Notes under the pieces: model-generated | What the model was told of the DNA's origin: nothing | What the model saw: the letters and a program-made list of their open reading frames with translations, nothing else | Database searches by the model: none | Made by a program: the position numbers and the translations under genes | NCBI RefSeq assembly: GCF_963921235.1 | Contig: NC_086097.1 | Location: forward strand, 221,342,001-221,406,000 | Source of the DNA: Mobula hypostoma | Lineage: Eukaryota | Length of the DNA: 64,000 bases | Direction: 5' to 3' | Part shown: in pieces, positions 52,638 to 64,000 of the stretch | Layout: every line of letters starts with the position of its first letter | Numbering within the stretch: position 1 is the stretch's first letter

Positions 52638-53936
52638 GTCAGCATGGATTTGTGAAAGGAAAATCATGTCTGACGAATCTCATAGAATTTTTTGAGGATG
52701 TAACTAGTAGAGTGGATAGGGGAGAACCAGTGGATGTGGTATATTTGGATTTTCAAAAGGCTTTTGACAAGGTCCCACATAGGAGATTAGTGTGCAAACT
52801 TAAAGCACACGGTATTGGGGGTAAGGTATTGGTGTGGGTGGAGAATTGGTTAGCAGACAGGAAGCAAAGAGTGGGAATAAACGGGACCTTTTCAGAATGG
52901 CAGGCGGTGACTAGTGGGGTACCGCAAGGCTCAGTGCTGGGACCCCAGTTGTTTACAATATATATTAATGACGGATGAGGGAATTAAATGCAGCATCTCC
53001 AAGTTTGCGGATGACACGAAGCTGGGTGGCAGTGTTAGCAGTGAGGAGGATGCTAAGAGGATGCAGTGTGACTTGGATAGGTTGGGTGAGTGGGCAAACT
53101 CATGGCAGATGCAATTTAATGTGGATAAATGTGAAGTTATCCACTTTGGTGGCAAAAATAGGAAAACAGATTATTATCTGAATGGTGGCCGATTAGGAAA
53201 AGGGGAGGTGCAACGAGACCTGGGTGTCATTATACACCAGTCATTGAAAGTGGGCATGCAGGTACAGCAGGCGGTGAAAAAGGCGAACGGTATGCTGGCA
53301 TTTATAGCGAGAGGATTCGGGTACAGGAGCAGGGAGGTACTACTGCAGTTGTACAAGGCCTTGGTGAGACCACACCTGGAGTATTGTGTGCAGTTTTGGT
53401 CCCCTAATCTGAGGAAAGACATCTTTGCCATAGAGGGAGTACAAAGAAGGTTCACCAGATTGATTCCTGGGATGGCAGGTCTTTCATATGAAGAAAGACT
53501 GGATGAACTGGGCTTGTACTCGTTGGAATTTAGAAGATTGAGGGGGGATCTGATTGAAACGTATAAGATCCTAAAGGGATTGGACAGGCTAGATGCGGGA
53601 AGATTGTTCCCGATGTTGGGGAGGTCTAGAACGAGGGGTCACAGTTTGAGGATAGAGGGGAAGCCTTTTAGGACCGAGGTTAGGAAAAACTTCTTCACAC
53701 AGAGAGTGGTGAATCTGTGGAATTCTCTGCCACAGCAAACTGTTGAGGCCAGTTCATTAGCTATGTTTAAAAGGAAGTTAGATATGGCCCTTGTGGCTAC
53801 AGGAGTCAGGGGGTATGGAGGGAAGGCTGGGTTCTGAGTTGGATGATCAGCCATGATCATAATAAATGGCGGTGCAGGCTCGAAGGGCCGAATGGCCTAC
53901 TCCTGCACCTATTTTCTATGTTTCTATGTTTCTATG
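52638..53936 (+). mobile_element. Young CR1 copy in the last EYA1 intron (antisense to the gene), 2-nt deletion frameshift near 52972
   Basis: ORFs 52616..52978 and 52914..53837. Reads aatgac-ggatgag where sister copies have aatgacttggatgag. Confidence 0.95.
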
Positions 53937-53989
53937 TAATAAACCAGCATCCTGCAACATTCTTGCTTCTATTTTCCTCATTATCTGAG

Positions 53990-55415
53990 AGTCATAGAGT
54001 CAAAGAACACCACAACACAGAAACATGCCCTTTAGCCCAAATGTCCATTGCAAACTATTAATCTACCTAGTTCCAGGACCTGCACCTGAACCATAGACCT
54101 CTATACCTCACCCATCCATGTACCTATCCAAATTTCTCTTAATGGTTGAAGTTGAACCCGCATCCACCACTTCCGCTGGCAGCTTATTCCACACTCTCAC
54201 CTCCCTCGAGTGAAAAGATCCCCCTCAAGTTCCCCTTAAAAGCTTCACCTTTCACCCTTAACCTATGACTTCCTTGTAGTTCTTGTCTCACCCAACCTCA
54301 GTGGGAAAAAAACATGCTTTCATTTACCCTATATATACCCCTCAATTTTGTATAATTCTGTAAGGTCATCCCTCATTCTCCTATGCCCTAGGGAATAAAG
54401 TCTTAACTTACTTAACCTTGCCCTCTAATTCAGGTCCTCAAGTTCCAGTAACATCCTTGTAAATTTTCTCTGCACTCTTTCAATCTTATTGATATCTTTC
54501 CTGTAGGAAGGTGACCAGAACTGCATGTTTCACCAACATCTTCTATATCTTTAACATAATATATGAAACCCTGTACTCAGTACCTTGATTTATGAAGGCC
54601 AATGTACCAAAAGCTATTTTTATGACCCTATTTAATTGTTATGCCACTTTTAAGGAATTATGGATCTTTATTCCCAGATCCCTTTGTTTTACCGCATTCC
54701 TCAATGCCCTACCGCCCACTATATAAGACCTACCCTGGTTTGTACTCACAATATCTTACCCTTGTCTGCATTAAGTTCCATCTGCCATTTTTCAGCCCTA
54801 TTTACCAGAAGGTTCAGATCCCTCTGCAAGCTTTGATAGTCTTCCTTATTGTCCACTACACTCCACCATCTTGTTGTTATCTGCAAATCTGCTGATCCAG
54901 TTTACTATATTATCTTCCAGATCACTATTTATAGATAACAAACAACAATGGACCCAGCACCAATCCCTGCAGCACACCACTCAAGTCAAAAAGGTAAACA
55001 TCCACCAACACTCCCCGCTTTCTCCCACAAAACCATTGTCTAATCTAATTTATTACCTCATCCTGAATGCCAAGTGACCGAAGCTACTTAATGAACCTCC
55101 TTTTCAACAGGACCTTGTCAAAGGCCTTGCTAAAGTCCATGTAGACAATATCCACTGTCTTGCCTTCATCAATGTTCCTAGTAACCTCCTTAAAAAATTC
55201 TATAAGATTTGTTAGACTGACCTATCACACACAAAGCTATGGTGACTATCCCTAATTAGTCCCTGTATATCCAAATAATTCTGTATATGGTCCCTGAGAA
55301 TACCTTCCAATTACGTACCAACTATTAATGCTAGGCTTGCTGGCCTTTAATTTCCCAGTTTATTCTTAGAGCCTTCCTTAAATAACGCAACAAAATTAGC
55401 TATCCTCCAATCCCA
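53990..55415 (-). mobile_element. Old degenerate CR1 fragment
   Basis: Reverse-strand remnants of tacatggactttagcaaggcctttgacaaggtc (MDFSKAFDKV) and of the C-terminal region. Confidence 0.75.
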
Positions 55416-55427
55416 ATTATCTCTGCT

Positions 55428-55733
55428 TTTATAGGCATCCATTAGTCCTGTGAGACCATGGATTTGCGCCTTGGAAGGTTTCCAGGGTGCATGCCTGGGC
55501 AAGGTTGTATGGAAGACCGGCAGTTGCCCGTACTGCAAGTCTCCCCTCACCACGCCACTGTTGTCATCCAAGGGAAGGGCACGAGGGCTGATACAGCTTG
55601 GCACCGGTGTCATCGCAGAGCAATGTGCGGTTAAGTGCCTTGCTCAAGGACACAATACGCTGCCTCGGCTGAGGCTCAAACTAGCGACCTTCAGATCACT
55701 AGACCGATGTCTTAACCACGGCCATGCGCCAAC
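55428..55733 (-). mobile_element. tRNA-derived SINE, family 2
   Basis: Reverse copy of 11936-12247. 11-bp TSD ttatctctgct (55417-55427, 55734-55744). Confidence 0.85.
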
Positions 55734-56463
55734 TTATCTCTGCTAGGGCCCCTGAAGTGACACTGCATTTTTTCAATTTCATTTTTGTCCATCCTATAAA
55801 CCTCCAATACTGTACACAACACTCCAACCATGGTCAATTTAATGTCTTGCATAAATTCATTTTGGCAGCTGAGTGAACTTCTTGCTTTTAGATATAAAAC
55901 CATTTTTATTTCTTCTTCTTTGGTCTATCTATTAGCATGCATGTTACTAATTGGTGCAAAATCAATTCGTTTTGCTCTTATACATAATTTAGCGTTACAT
56001 TGTTCAACATGCCCTTTCACGTGCATTTCTCTACACTGAACTGCTGGTTCCATCTTTCCATCCCATCCTAGTTTTACTGGCCTTTGTCACAAATCATTAC
56101 ATTGCCAAATGGTGTAGTCAATAAGGTAAAACATATTCAGTAATATAGAAAATGAATAATATCCCAACAAATTATTTCTGTTCGTTGAGCAAAATTTTCC
56201 CTTTATTTAGTACAATCCATCAAAAGCATATTTTAAATTATTGCTCATGCGTATTTTATTTATTTTCTCAGTTGCTACCAGTTGCAATCTATCAGATGTT
56301 AAAACTGACCAGAATACTTACTAAGAAGCTTTGCTAACTGTAACACGGATGAATGTGGTATAATTCACATGGAATTATTTCCTTTTAGTCAAGGAATTGT
56401 GCTCAAAAACCAACCCATATGTACTGCATACTAGAGAGAGCATTAAAACTTTAAAACATTTAC

Positions 56464-56564
56464 CTTTTTGGAAGCTTGTTCTTCTTCAATGCCATCTCCC
56501 ACAACAACATACACCACCTTTCGTCCAAACCTTTGAATTATTCGTTCAAAACAACTTTCCTTTC
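56464..56564 (-). CDS. EYA1: EYA1 penultimate coding exon (HAD phosphatase motifs K and GDGxEE)
   Basis: [34 protein letters not shown], inside ORF 56443..56676. ctttag acceptor, gtaaat donor, 101 nt. Confidence 0.97.
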
Positions 56565-56932
56565 CTAAAGTGAAACACACACATTTTTTTTTACTTAAAA
56601 TAACTTCACTCTTACACTCTAAACTGGAGGACAAATGCTTTCTTTGAAGCTGGGAGAATGGGTGAAATGATATCAACTTTTTGCTCAGGATTCTTTGTAG
56701 TGTGTGATTTCATAAATCAGCTGTGCCATCTCTGTCAAGGGTACAAGCCATTTGTCTGGGCTGGTAAGCTCTTGATTTCCTTGAAGTCCAAATATCCATG
56801 AAACTCCTATGGAATAGAGTACCCACTGTCTTTCACAGAAGATAATTCCAAAGATTTACAGCTCACTGAGTGAAGAAATGTTTACTCATCTCACTCTTAT
56901 GTACATTATTTTGAAACCATGCTGTCTAAGCT

Positions 56933-57500
56933 CAGACATCCCACCCTGCAAAAACTCATTTCAGGGAGGTAGCACCATCAATTTGGGGGAGACTCCCAGA
57001 ACTTCTGGGAGAGGTGGGATGTCTGCAATAGAGTAGTTCCTTAGCAGCTGGCCAGCCAGCTTAAATAACGTTAGCTATGCTAATGAACGAATGACACCTG
57101 TTAAACTCAGCTCAACATGTCTTTTACAATCTTAACTCACCATGGGTAATAGAATAGTCACTGTTGCAAACAGTGCAGTGAGCAACACTCATTATTTTGA
57201 CCCCTATTAGGCAGGGGACACTCTAGTGTAGTCTGAGGTGACGTACATTTTATATTTTCTTTTTTTGGAACACTCTGCCATGGCGCACTCTCTCTTGTAT
57301 GCTCTCGCTTGCTTGTTCTCGCTCTCTCACGTGCGCACACTCTCTCTCGTGGTCGCTCTCGCGCTCTCTATTGCTTTCTCTTGCTCGCTCGCTCTCAAAA
57401 AAATTGATTTCCGTGATATTGTATATAATTTGCGGGCATCAGGGAGCCACTATTAATATGCGGGAGACTCCCAGAACTTCTGGGAGAGGTGGGATGTCTG
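56933..57500. mobile_element. Non-autonomous DNA transposon (MITE-like, superfamily unassigned)
   Basis: TIR CAGACATCCCACC / GGTGGGATGTCTG. The right-end 39-mer also occurs internally, ending at 57025. Flanks taagct / taaact. Confidence 0.7.
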
Positions 57501-57657
57501 TAAACTGTTTACTTAACAACACAACCTGAGATTAACACTGATGTGCTTATATCATAGAGAAAAATGTAGCATAGCCTGGTAATTACTCTAGATATCTGGA
57601 ATGGATGATACTGAAATACAAATACTACGACCAACTGCAATTCATATTTTAATATTA

Positions 57658-57801
<144 letters not shown>

Positions 57802-57968
57802 TTAGACATTATTAATGATTGCTTTAGAGCACTGGTATGATGGATCAATCACAAAACTATGCAATTTTCTGCCATTCGGATGGACAATAAGAACCATAAA
57901 TTCTCCATATCCTATGCTTTAATATATATATCATGGATAATGAAACACTGATTTTTATTTGTATTGTA

Positions 57969-58273
57969 TTTATAGGCATCCGTTAGTCTCATGAGACCAT
58001 GGATTTGTGCCTTGGAGTTTCCAGAACGCAGGCCTGGGCAAGGTTGTATGGAAGACCAGCAGTTGCCCATGCTGCAAGTCTCCCCTCTCCACGACACCAA
58101 TGTTGTCCAAGGGAAGGGCATTAGGACCCACACAGCTTGGCACTAGTGTCGTCGCAGAGCAATGTGTGGTTAAGTGCCTTGCTCAAGGACACACGCTGCC
58201 TCAGCCATGGCTCGAACTAGCGACCTTCAAATCGCTAGACGAACGCCTTAACCACTTGGCCACGCGCCAACAC
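57969..58273 (-). mobile_element. tRNA-derived SINE, family 2
   Basis: Reverse copy. TSD-like atttgtattgta / atttgcattgta. Confidence 0.85.
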
Positions 58274-59197
58274 ATTTGCATTGTAGACAACTGATTAAAC
58301 ATCTGGAATATAATATATTGCTAAATTTTTATAAACAATTAAATGGAAATATAATGTTACTTAAGTACTACACTAAAATCTCAAAACATGTGACACACAC
58401 TGTAAGTAAATCTCCTCTGCTCTCTCTCCAATGCAAGTACATCTTCCCTGTAGTGTGATGACCAAAACTACCAAGCTGTGGTCTAGGTAGCATTGTGTAC
58501 AGTTTTACCACAAGCACCCTACTCTTGTATGATTTGCTTAATAAAGGAAAGCATCACTTATGCTGTTTCAGCCACCTTATTGACCTTATATCCTAGCATT
58601 TAGCACAAACCCTTCTATGCCACCCTCAGGCAGTATTTTCCAGATTTGATCCATGTTCTGGGTGAAAGAATTCTTTCTCCTATCCCCTCCATATCTCCCA
58701 ACTCTCACCATAAAGCTATCTGCTCTTGTCTTAGAGAACACCTCCATCTTTAAAATCAGAAATGGGGAAAAAATTTAAATAAATAGCAGAGCAATTAAAC
58801 AAATACTTTGCTTCTGTCATCAGAGAAGTAAATACAAGTAACCTTGCAGAGATGCTAGAGAAGAAAAGAACCCTTTGAAGATGAGGGTTGTACAGAGAAC
58901 AGAGAATCATGAGGAGGTTACTCAACTGCCTAACCCACGCCACAACCATGCTACTATTCAACATTGTTATGGTTCACTAATGGCAATACCAAGCAAATTA
59001 ATATTAATTAAAAATATAATGCTATCAAAATTGATAGGACAAAAAGATGATAATCTCGAAGGCCTGAAAATCTGCATCCTCAAGAACTGAATTGGATTGT
59101 CATGGAAACAGCAGACGTATGGGTTGTCATCTTCCCACCTTCCTAAAATTTGATAGAGTATAGAAAGATTCCTATGGATTGGGGCTTGAAAACATTA

Positions 59198-60793
59198 CAG
59201 TACTGTGCAAAAGTCTTTAGACGTACGTAAAAAGATTCTGTAAAGCAAAGATGCTTTAAAAAATAATGAAAGGGTAAGTTTCTTAATATCAAAAAATTAC
59301 TATAAAGAGCAGTAAACAGTAAAAAACTAAATTAAATCAATATTTGGTGTTAACACATTTTGCCTTTAAAACTGTATCAATTCTCTAAAGTTCACTTGTG
59401 CAGTTTTATAAGAAATTCAGCTGGTAGTTTTCCAAACATCTCGGAGAACTTGCCACAGCTCTTCTGCAGACTATGGCTGTCTTGTTTGCTTCTGTCTCTC
59501 CAGGTAATCCTAGACAGGCTTGCAGTCCTGATGGACTCGGACAAAATGTTGACTGTTTACTCTATTCCATAGATGCTTCGTGGCTTGCCGAGTTCCTCCA
59601 GCATTTTGTGTGTATGACACAGCCTTGATGATGTGGAAGCCATAACATCTGTTGCAGAATTACTTGTTCTCTTTTTTTTGCTGAAAATAGTTCTTTATGA
59701 CCTTGGCCGTCTATTTAGGGCTATTATCCTGCTGTAGAATGATGCTGGGACTGATCAGTTGCCTGCCTCCCTGATGGCGTTGCATGATGGATGAGAATCT
59801 GATTGTACTTCTCAACACTGAGGATTCCATTAATTCTTACCAGATCACCAACTTCATTTGCAGAAATGCACCCCCAAACCTATAGGGAACTTCTAGCATG
59901 CTTCACTGTTGGCTACAGACACTTGTCCATGTAGCACTCTCCAGCTCTACCCCTTTGAGCCAAAAATTTTGTCAAATTTTGACTTGTCATTGTCATTGTT
60001 CGGCACCTCAGTCCTTGTGTTTTTGTGCATAGGTGAGCCTCCTGGCTTTGTTTCCACTTCATCGGAATAGCGTTTTGGCAGCAACTTTTCAATGAAGGCC
60101 ACTATAGAGGGATTGTACTAGGTTCCAGCGGTTTCTGAGAGTTCAGAGCTGATAGCAGTGCTGGACCTCTGATTTAGAAGGGATGTCAGTCTGATGTACA
60201 ACATTTCTCATCTGCTGCATTCAGCTTCTGTGGCCGACCACTGTGGTCCTGGTTCTCGACCTTGGTAATTTCTTTGTGCTTCTTCAGAAGAGTTTGGACA
60301 GCACATCTTGAAACTCTTGCCTGCTGCGAAATTTCTGCTTGGGAAAGACATTGCTGATGCAGGATGATCACCACGCGTCTTATTTCTATGCTCACCTTGC
60401 CATGGTGAAAGTATCACATCTGCCATACTTTCACCTTTTAGCTTGGTTGTCCCTTGTCCAGTTTGACTTCTTCTACACTCATTTCTGTTTTAGTTAATCA
60501 GTTTACTCCATTCAACTCATTGTGTCATTGATCATTAGCACCTATTTGTTATCTGTATTTAATCATGCACTGGGCTATATACCTACAAAGTAATCAAATT
60601 TGTATTTGAAATGTTACTTTCTTTAACAAAATAAAAAAATTCTCTATAATATTTAATTTTTGGAAAATGAATATTTGGAAATCTAGAATTTGCCTTTTTC
60701 TACTGACACACTAATGCAGAAGTCAAAAAATAAACATTTAAAACAAAAGTTACATAAAAAATCTAGTGTGCCTGAGACTTTAGCACAGTACTG
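59198..60793 (-). mobile_element. Decayed full-length Tc1/mariner transposon (about 1.6 kb) with a nested pLTR fragment at about 59520-59615
   Basis: TA|CAGTACTGTGCAAAAGTC...GACTTTAGCACAGTACTG|TA. ORF 60186..60395 SIEIRRVVIILHQQ.LSQAEIS...SGRPQKLNAADE (paired-like HTH with GRP). Inserted in an old CR1 remnant. Confidence 0.88.
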
Positions 60794-61319
60794 TATCTCA
60801 ATGTTAAAAGAACAAAGCGAGAAACCGTATAACTACATAGTAGTATGGAAGCTGTCAGGGTCCATTATACCAGTCAGTATACCAGAGAATCTAGGATTTT
60901 GCAAAAATTAGTTACTGAAGGTGGTAAAAAACATATTGGAAATGCTGGTGAACTTGAAAGCTGATAATTCCCAGGGACTCAATGATATGCATCCCAGTTT
61001 TGAAGGAGGTGGTTTTGGAAATAGCGGATTATCAACTCTTACAGATTCTGGAATTGTGCCTCCAAATTGGAAAAAAGCAAATGTGACCCTACTACTTTGC
61101 GAGGACTTGGTATGAATTACCCGTTTGACTAAATACAGTTGTAGGAAGAAAGCTGGAATCTACAATCTGGGGTGGAGCTCTTTCAGGATTTTGTTATTGG
61201 AAGATTTAAAGATGATGTCAATAAGTGGTGACTTTTTGCATGCAGCTCCGATGGGAATCATCAAATATTCCTATTCTTCAAATTTATTTATAAATAAATA
61301 TCAGAAATAACATCTCTTC

Positions 61320-62255
61320 CTTGCTGACAATCAACACTGGTATACCTCAAGGATGCGTGCTTAGCCCACTGCTCCACTCTCTCTACCCCCACGATTGTGT
61401 GGCTAGACACAGCTCAAACGCCTTCTTAGAAATCTGCTGATGATCACACAATATGGTTTGCAGAATTTCAGATGGTGATGAGAAGGCGTAGAGTGAGATG
61501 CATCAACAACCTTCCACTCAACGCCAGTAAGACCAAGGAATTGATTGTGGATTTCAGAAGGGGGAATTTGAGGGAACAGACACCAGTCCTCATCGGGGAT
61601 CAGCAGCAGAAAGGGTGAGCAGTTTCAAGTTCCCGGGTGTCAACATCTCTGAGGATCTATCCTGGGCCCAATGTATTGACGCAATTTCAAAGAAGGCACT
61701 ACAGTAGCTATATTTCATTAGGATTTTGAGGAGACTTGGTATGTCACTAAAGACTCATACAAACTTTGACAGATATATAGTGGAGAGCATTTTAACAGGT
61801 TGCATCACCATGTAGAATGGAGGGGGCACTGCACAGGATTGGAAAAAGCTACAGAAAGGTGCAAACTCAGCCAGCTCCATCTGGGCACTAGACTCCCCAG
61901 TAATGAGGACATCTTCAAAAGGCAATGCCTCAAAAAGGTGACATCTGTCATTAAGAACCCCTACCACCCAGGACTATGCCCTCTTCTCTTTTCGACAATT
62001 GAGAAGGTAGAGGAGCCTGCAGACACACACTTTAATTTTAAGGAACAGCTTCTTCCCCTTCACCATCAGATTTCTGAATGGACAATGAACCCATGTACAC
62101 TACCTTTCTATTTTTTTCTTCTTTTTTGCTCTCATTTTGCACTATTTAATCCATATAATATATATAATTTATAGCTTTCTTTATTTATTGTAATGTACTG
62201 CTGCTGTGAGACAACATATTTCACGACATATGTCAGTGATATTAAACCTAATTCT
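61320..62255 (+). mobile_element. Degenerate Rex-Babar-type LINE 3' part
   Basis: actggtatacctcaaggatgcgtgcttagccc (TG.PQGCVLSP), aagaccaaggaattgattgtggatttcag (KTKELIVDF), aaacctaattct tail. Confidence 0.8.
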
Positions 62256-63705
62256 CATAAAGGGGAGCAAGTGAAGAGGTGTGTTTGGATTTTTCAAAGA
62301 CATTCAGCGATAACTTGTACAGGAAATTTGTTACCAAGATTAAACCACATGCAATTGGGGATCATGAACTGCGATGGACTGAGAAATGGCATTGAAGAGA
62401 ATGTAAAAAATGAGAATAAAATGATTGATCTCCGGTTGGCAGGTAGTGACAAAAAATATTATTTCAAAGTACGGTATAGTGGAATCAGCATCTTGACCCA
62501 GGTTTTGGAAATCTTTAATGGCAATGCAGAACTTGGTGCTGAAAATATTAATGCACCATGGATTGAGTAGGCTGTTCACGAAAGTGTTGTGAGAACAGAA
62601 AATGGAAATAGTGTCCACTTTCAGCCTGGAGCTGGAGATGATGTGTTAAAAGAGCTGATAATATGGTTACAGAAATGCTCAGCCTAAAGGAATTTTCCCT
62701 AATCGTTTCACTATATTTTGAAATTATGGTTCCTTATTGTTATTTTCCTCTGGGAGAGGATGGCTGAGATTGCCCTTAAGCAAATGAAGGATTGTGATTG
62801 CAATATCCTGGGAAAAACTTGCAAATTGTGGAAAATGTAAAACTTTTCTAGAGTCAATTGACAGGAAAATAAGATGAGGTGTTTAGCACGTAGCATTGTA
62901 TTCTGCCTCTGTAATGTAACAGAGACATTAAAAAGATGTTTATAACACTTACAGTATTTACCTTTTTGGACTCTCTAGTCCAGGTATTACAATGTTTCCT
63001 TAAAGCAAGTATCCCATTTCCTGACCACACTCAATTTATTCCTCATGAAAGCCGTGAGTTTTTTGTTCCAACAAAAACTGTTTACTGTTCAGTTCTTTTC
63101 TGTTGCTCTGCTTCATTGATGAACTATTATGATCAAAGTCAATGGATGTAAGAAGACTTTACAAGTCCAGTTTGTTCGGTCATCTCACTATTTCTTGTAT
63201 TGCCACATTTAATAGTGTTGAAGGAAACTATCAATTATGTCTACATTTTTCATTCCCTCCATCCCTAGAGCACCACAGCCATGGTATGTGTCATCTCTAA
63301 AATAGATTGCAGATTGCAAGGGTACTTAAACATCACCTCCCAAATCTATGCTTGTTCCATCTAAAAAGACAAGGGTATCAGTTGGCATGTTTCAGGAGAT
63401 TGCTTTTCAAACCTAACATGGTATTATATTACCATCCCTTTATCATGGCTTGGTTTTTCTCTTCTCCCTCACTGACGATAAATATTGACCTTGTGAGCAA
63501 TATCTACATTCCATAACTGAACATGTCAAAGATAAGATGAACTTAATGCATTCATGATTTGCTTTTAGTATATTCCATAACAACTTCTAATATCTTTGCA
63601 TAAATGCATTGCCTTTTTGTTGACAATATTTTTCATTTCAGAATATTTTTATAAATTGAATTAGTATCAATTCACTGGGAATTACAGAATCAATTCTGAT
63701 CCCAC

Positions 63706-63820
63706 CTTGAATGAATGAGTGTGAGCACTTTCATTGCAAGTGTTAACCACGAATCTGTTAGAGCTTCAATCTCTGCTCGTAACTGCAACCACGATTCTCT
63801 CTTAGTCGGACCAAGGAGAC
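63706..63820 (-). CDS. EYA1: EYA1 coding exon (4th from last), EYA domain
   Basis: Manual translation (G)[37 protein letters not shown](R). AG acceptor at 63821-63822, GT donor at 63704-63705, 115 nt. The LTLA..L.LIHSR residues fit EYA1 better than EYA4. Confidence 0.95.
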
Positions 63821-64000
63821 CTATAGTTCAGAACAGAAATATGCTGAGTTATTTATTGCAATGATAGCAGTCAGCAACTCTTTGTAACTCTATCATAAAA
63901 CATCATATTGACAAAAAAAATCAGTTTACTAATTATTTATCTATTGCAGGAAAGACATGTGGAATTCAATTTCTCTTCATTTATGCTTTGTTTCATTTTT

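Noticed and set aside
56443..56676. 77-aa ORF as a stand-alone gene
   Set aside because: Only 56464-56564 is exon. The rest is intron read-through.

Overview
Repeat-rich vertebrate genomic DNA. The repeat set (V-SINE/HE1-like SINEs, CR1 and Rex-Babar LINEs, Penelope-like elements) points to a cartilaginous fish, probably a ray; this is an inference. The only host gene I can support is the 3' end of eyes absent homolog 1 (EYA1) on the minus strand: four coding exons of 115, 122, 101 and 81 nt with GT-AG introns, stop codon at 44741-44743, and a probable long AT-rich 3' UTR. The rest is transposon-derived or unique non-coding DNA: four near-identical young CR1 copies, an older CR1 split by a solo LTR and a younger CR1, Rex-Babar fragments, Tc1 elements and MITEs, and two tRNA-derived SINE families. 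The most notable signal is a family of Penelope-derived elements carrying a minimal type I hammerhead ribozyme motif (AGTC-CTGANGA-helix II-GAAAC-GTC^GACT). Many are short ORF-less fold-back insertions with 13-15 bp target-site duplications (TSDs) and a one-sided 30-39 nt tail. One young copy lies 1.3 kb past the EYA1 stop with its intact ribozyme core on the mRNA strand. Three short local duplications that look templated are also visible. Boundaries of old repeats are approximate.
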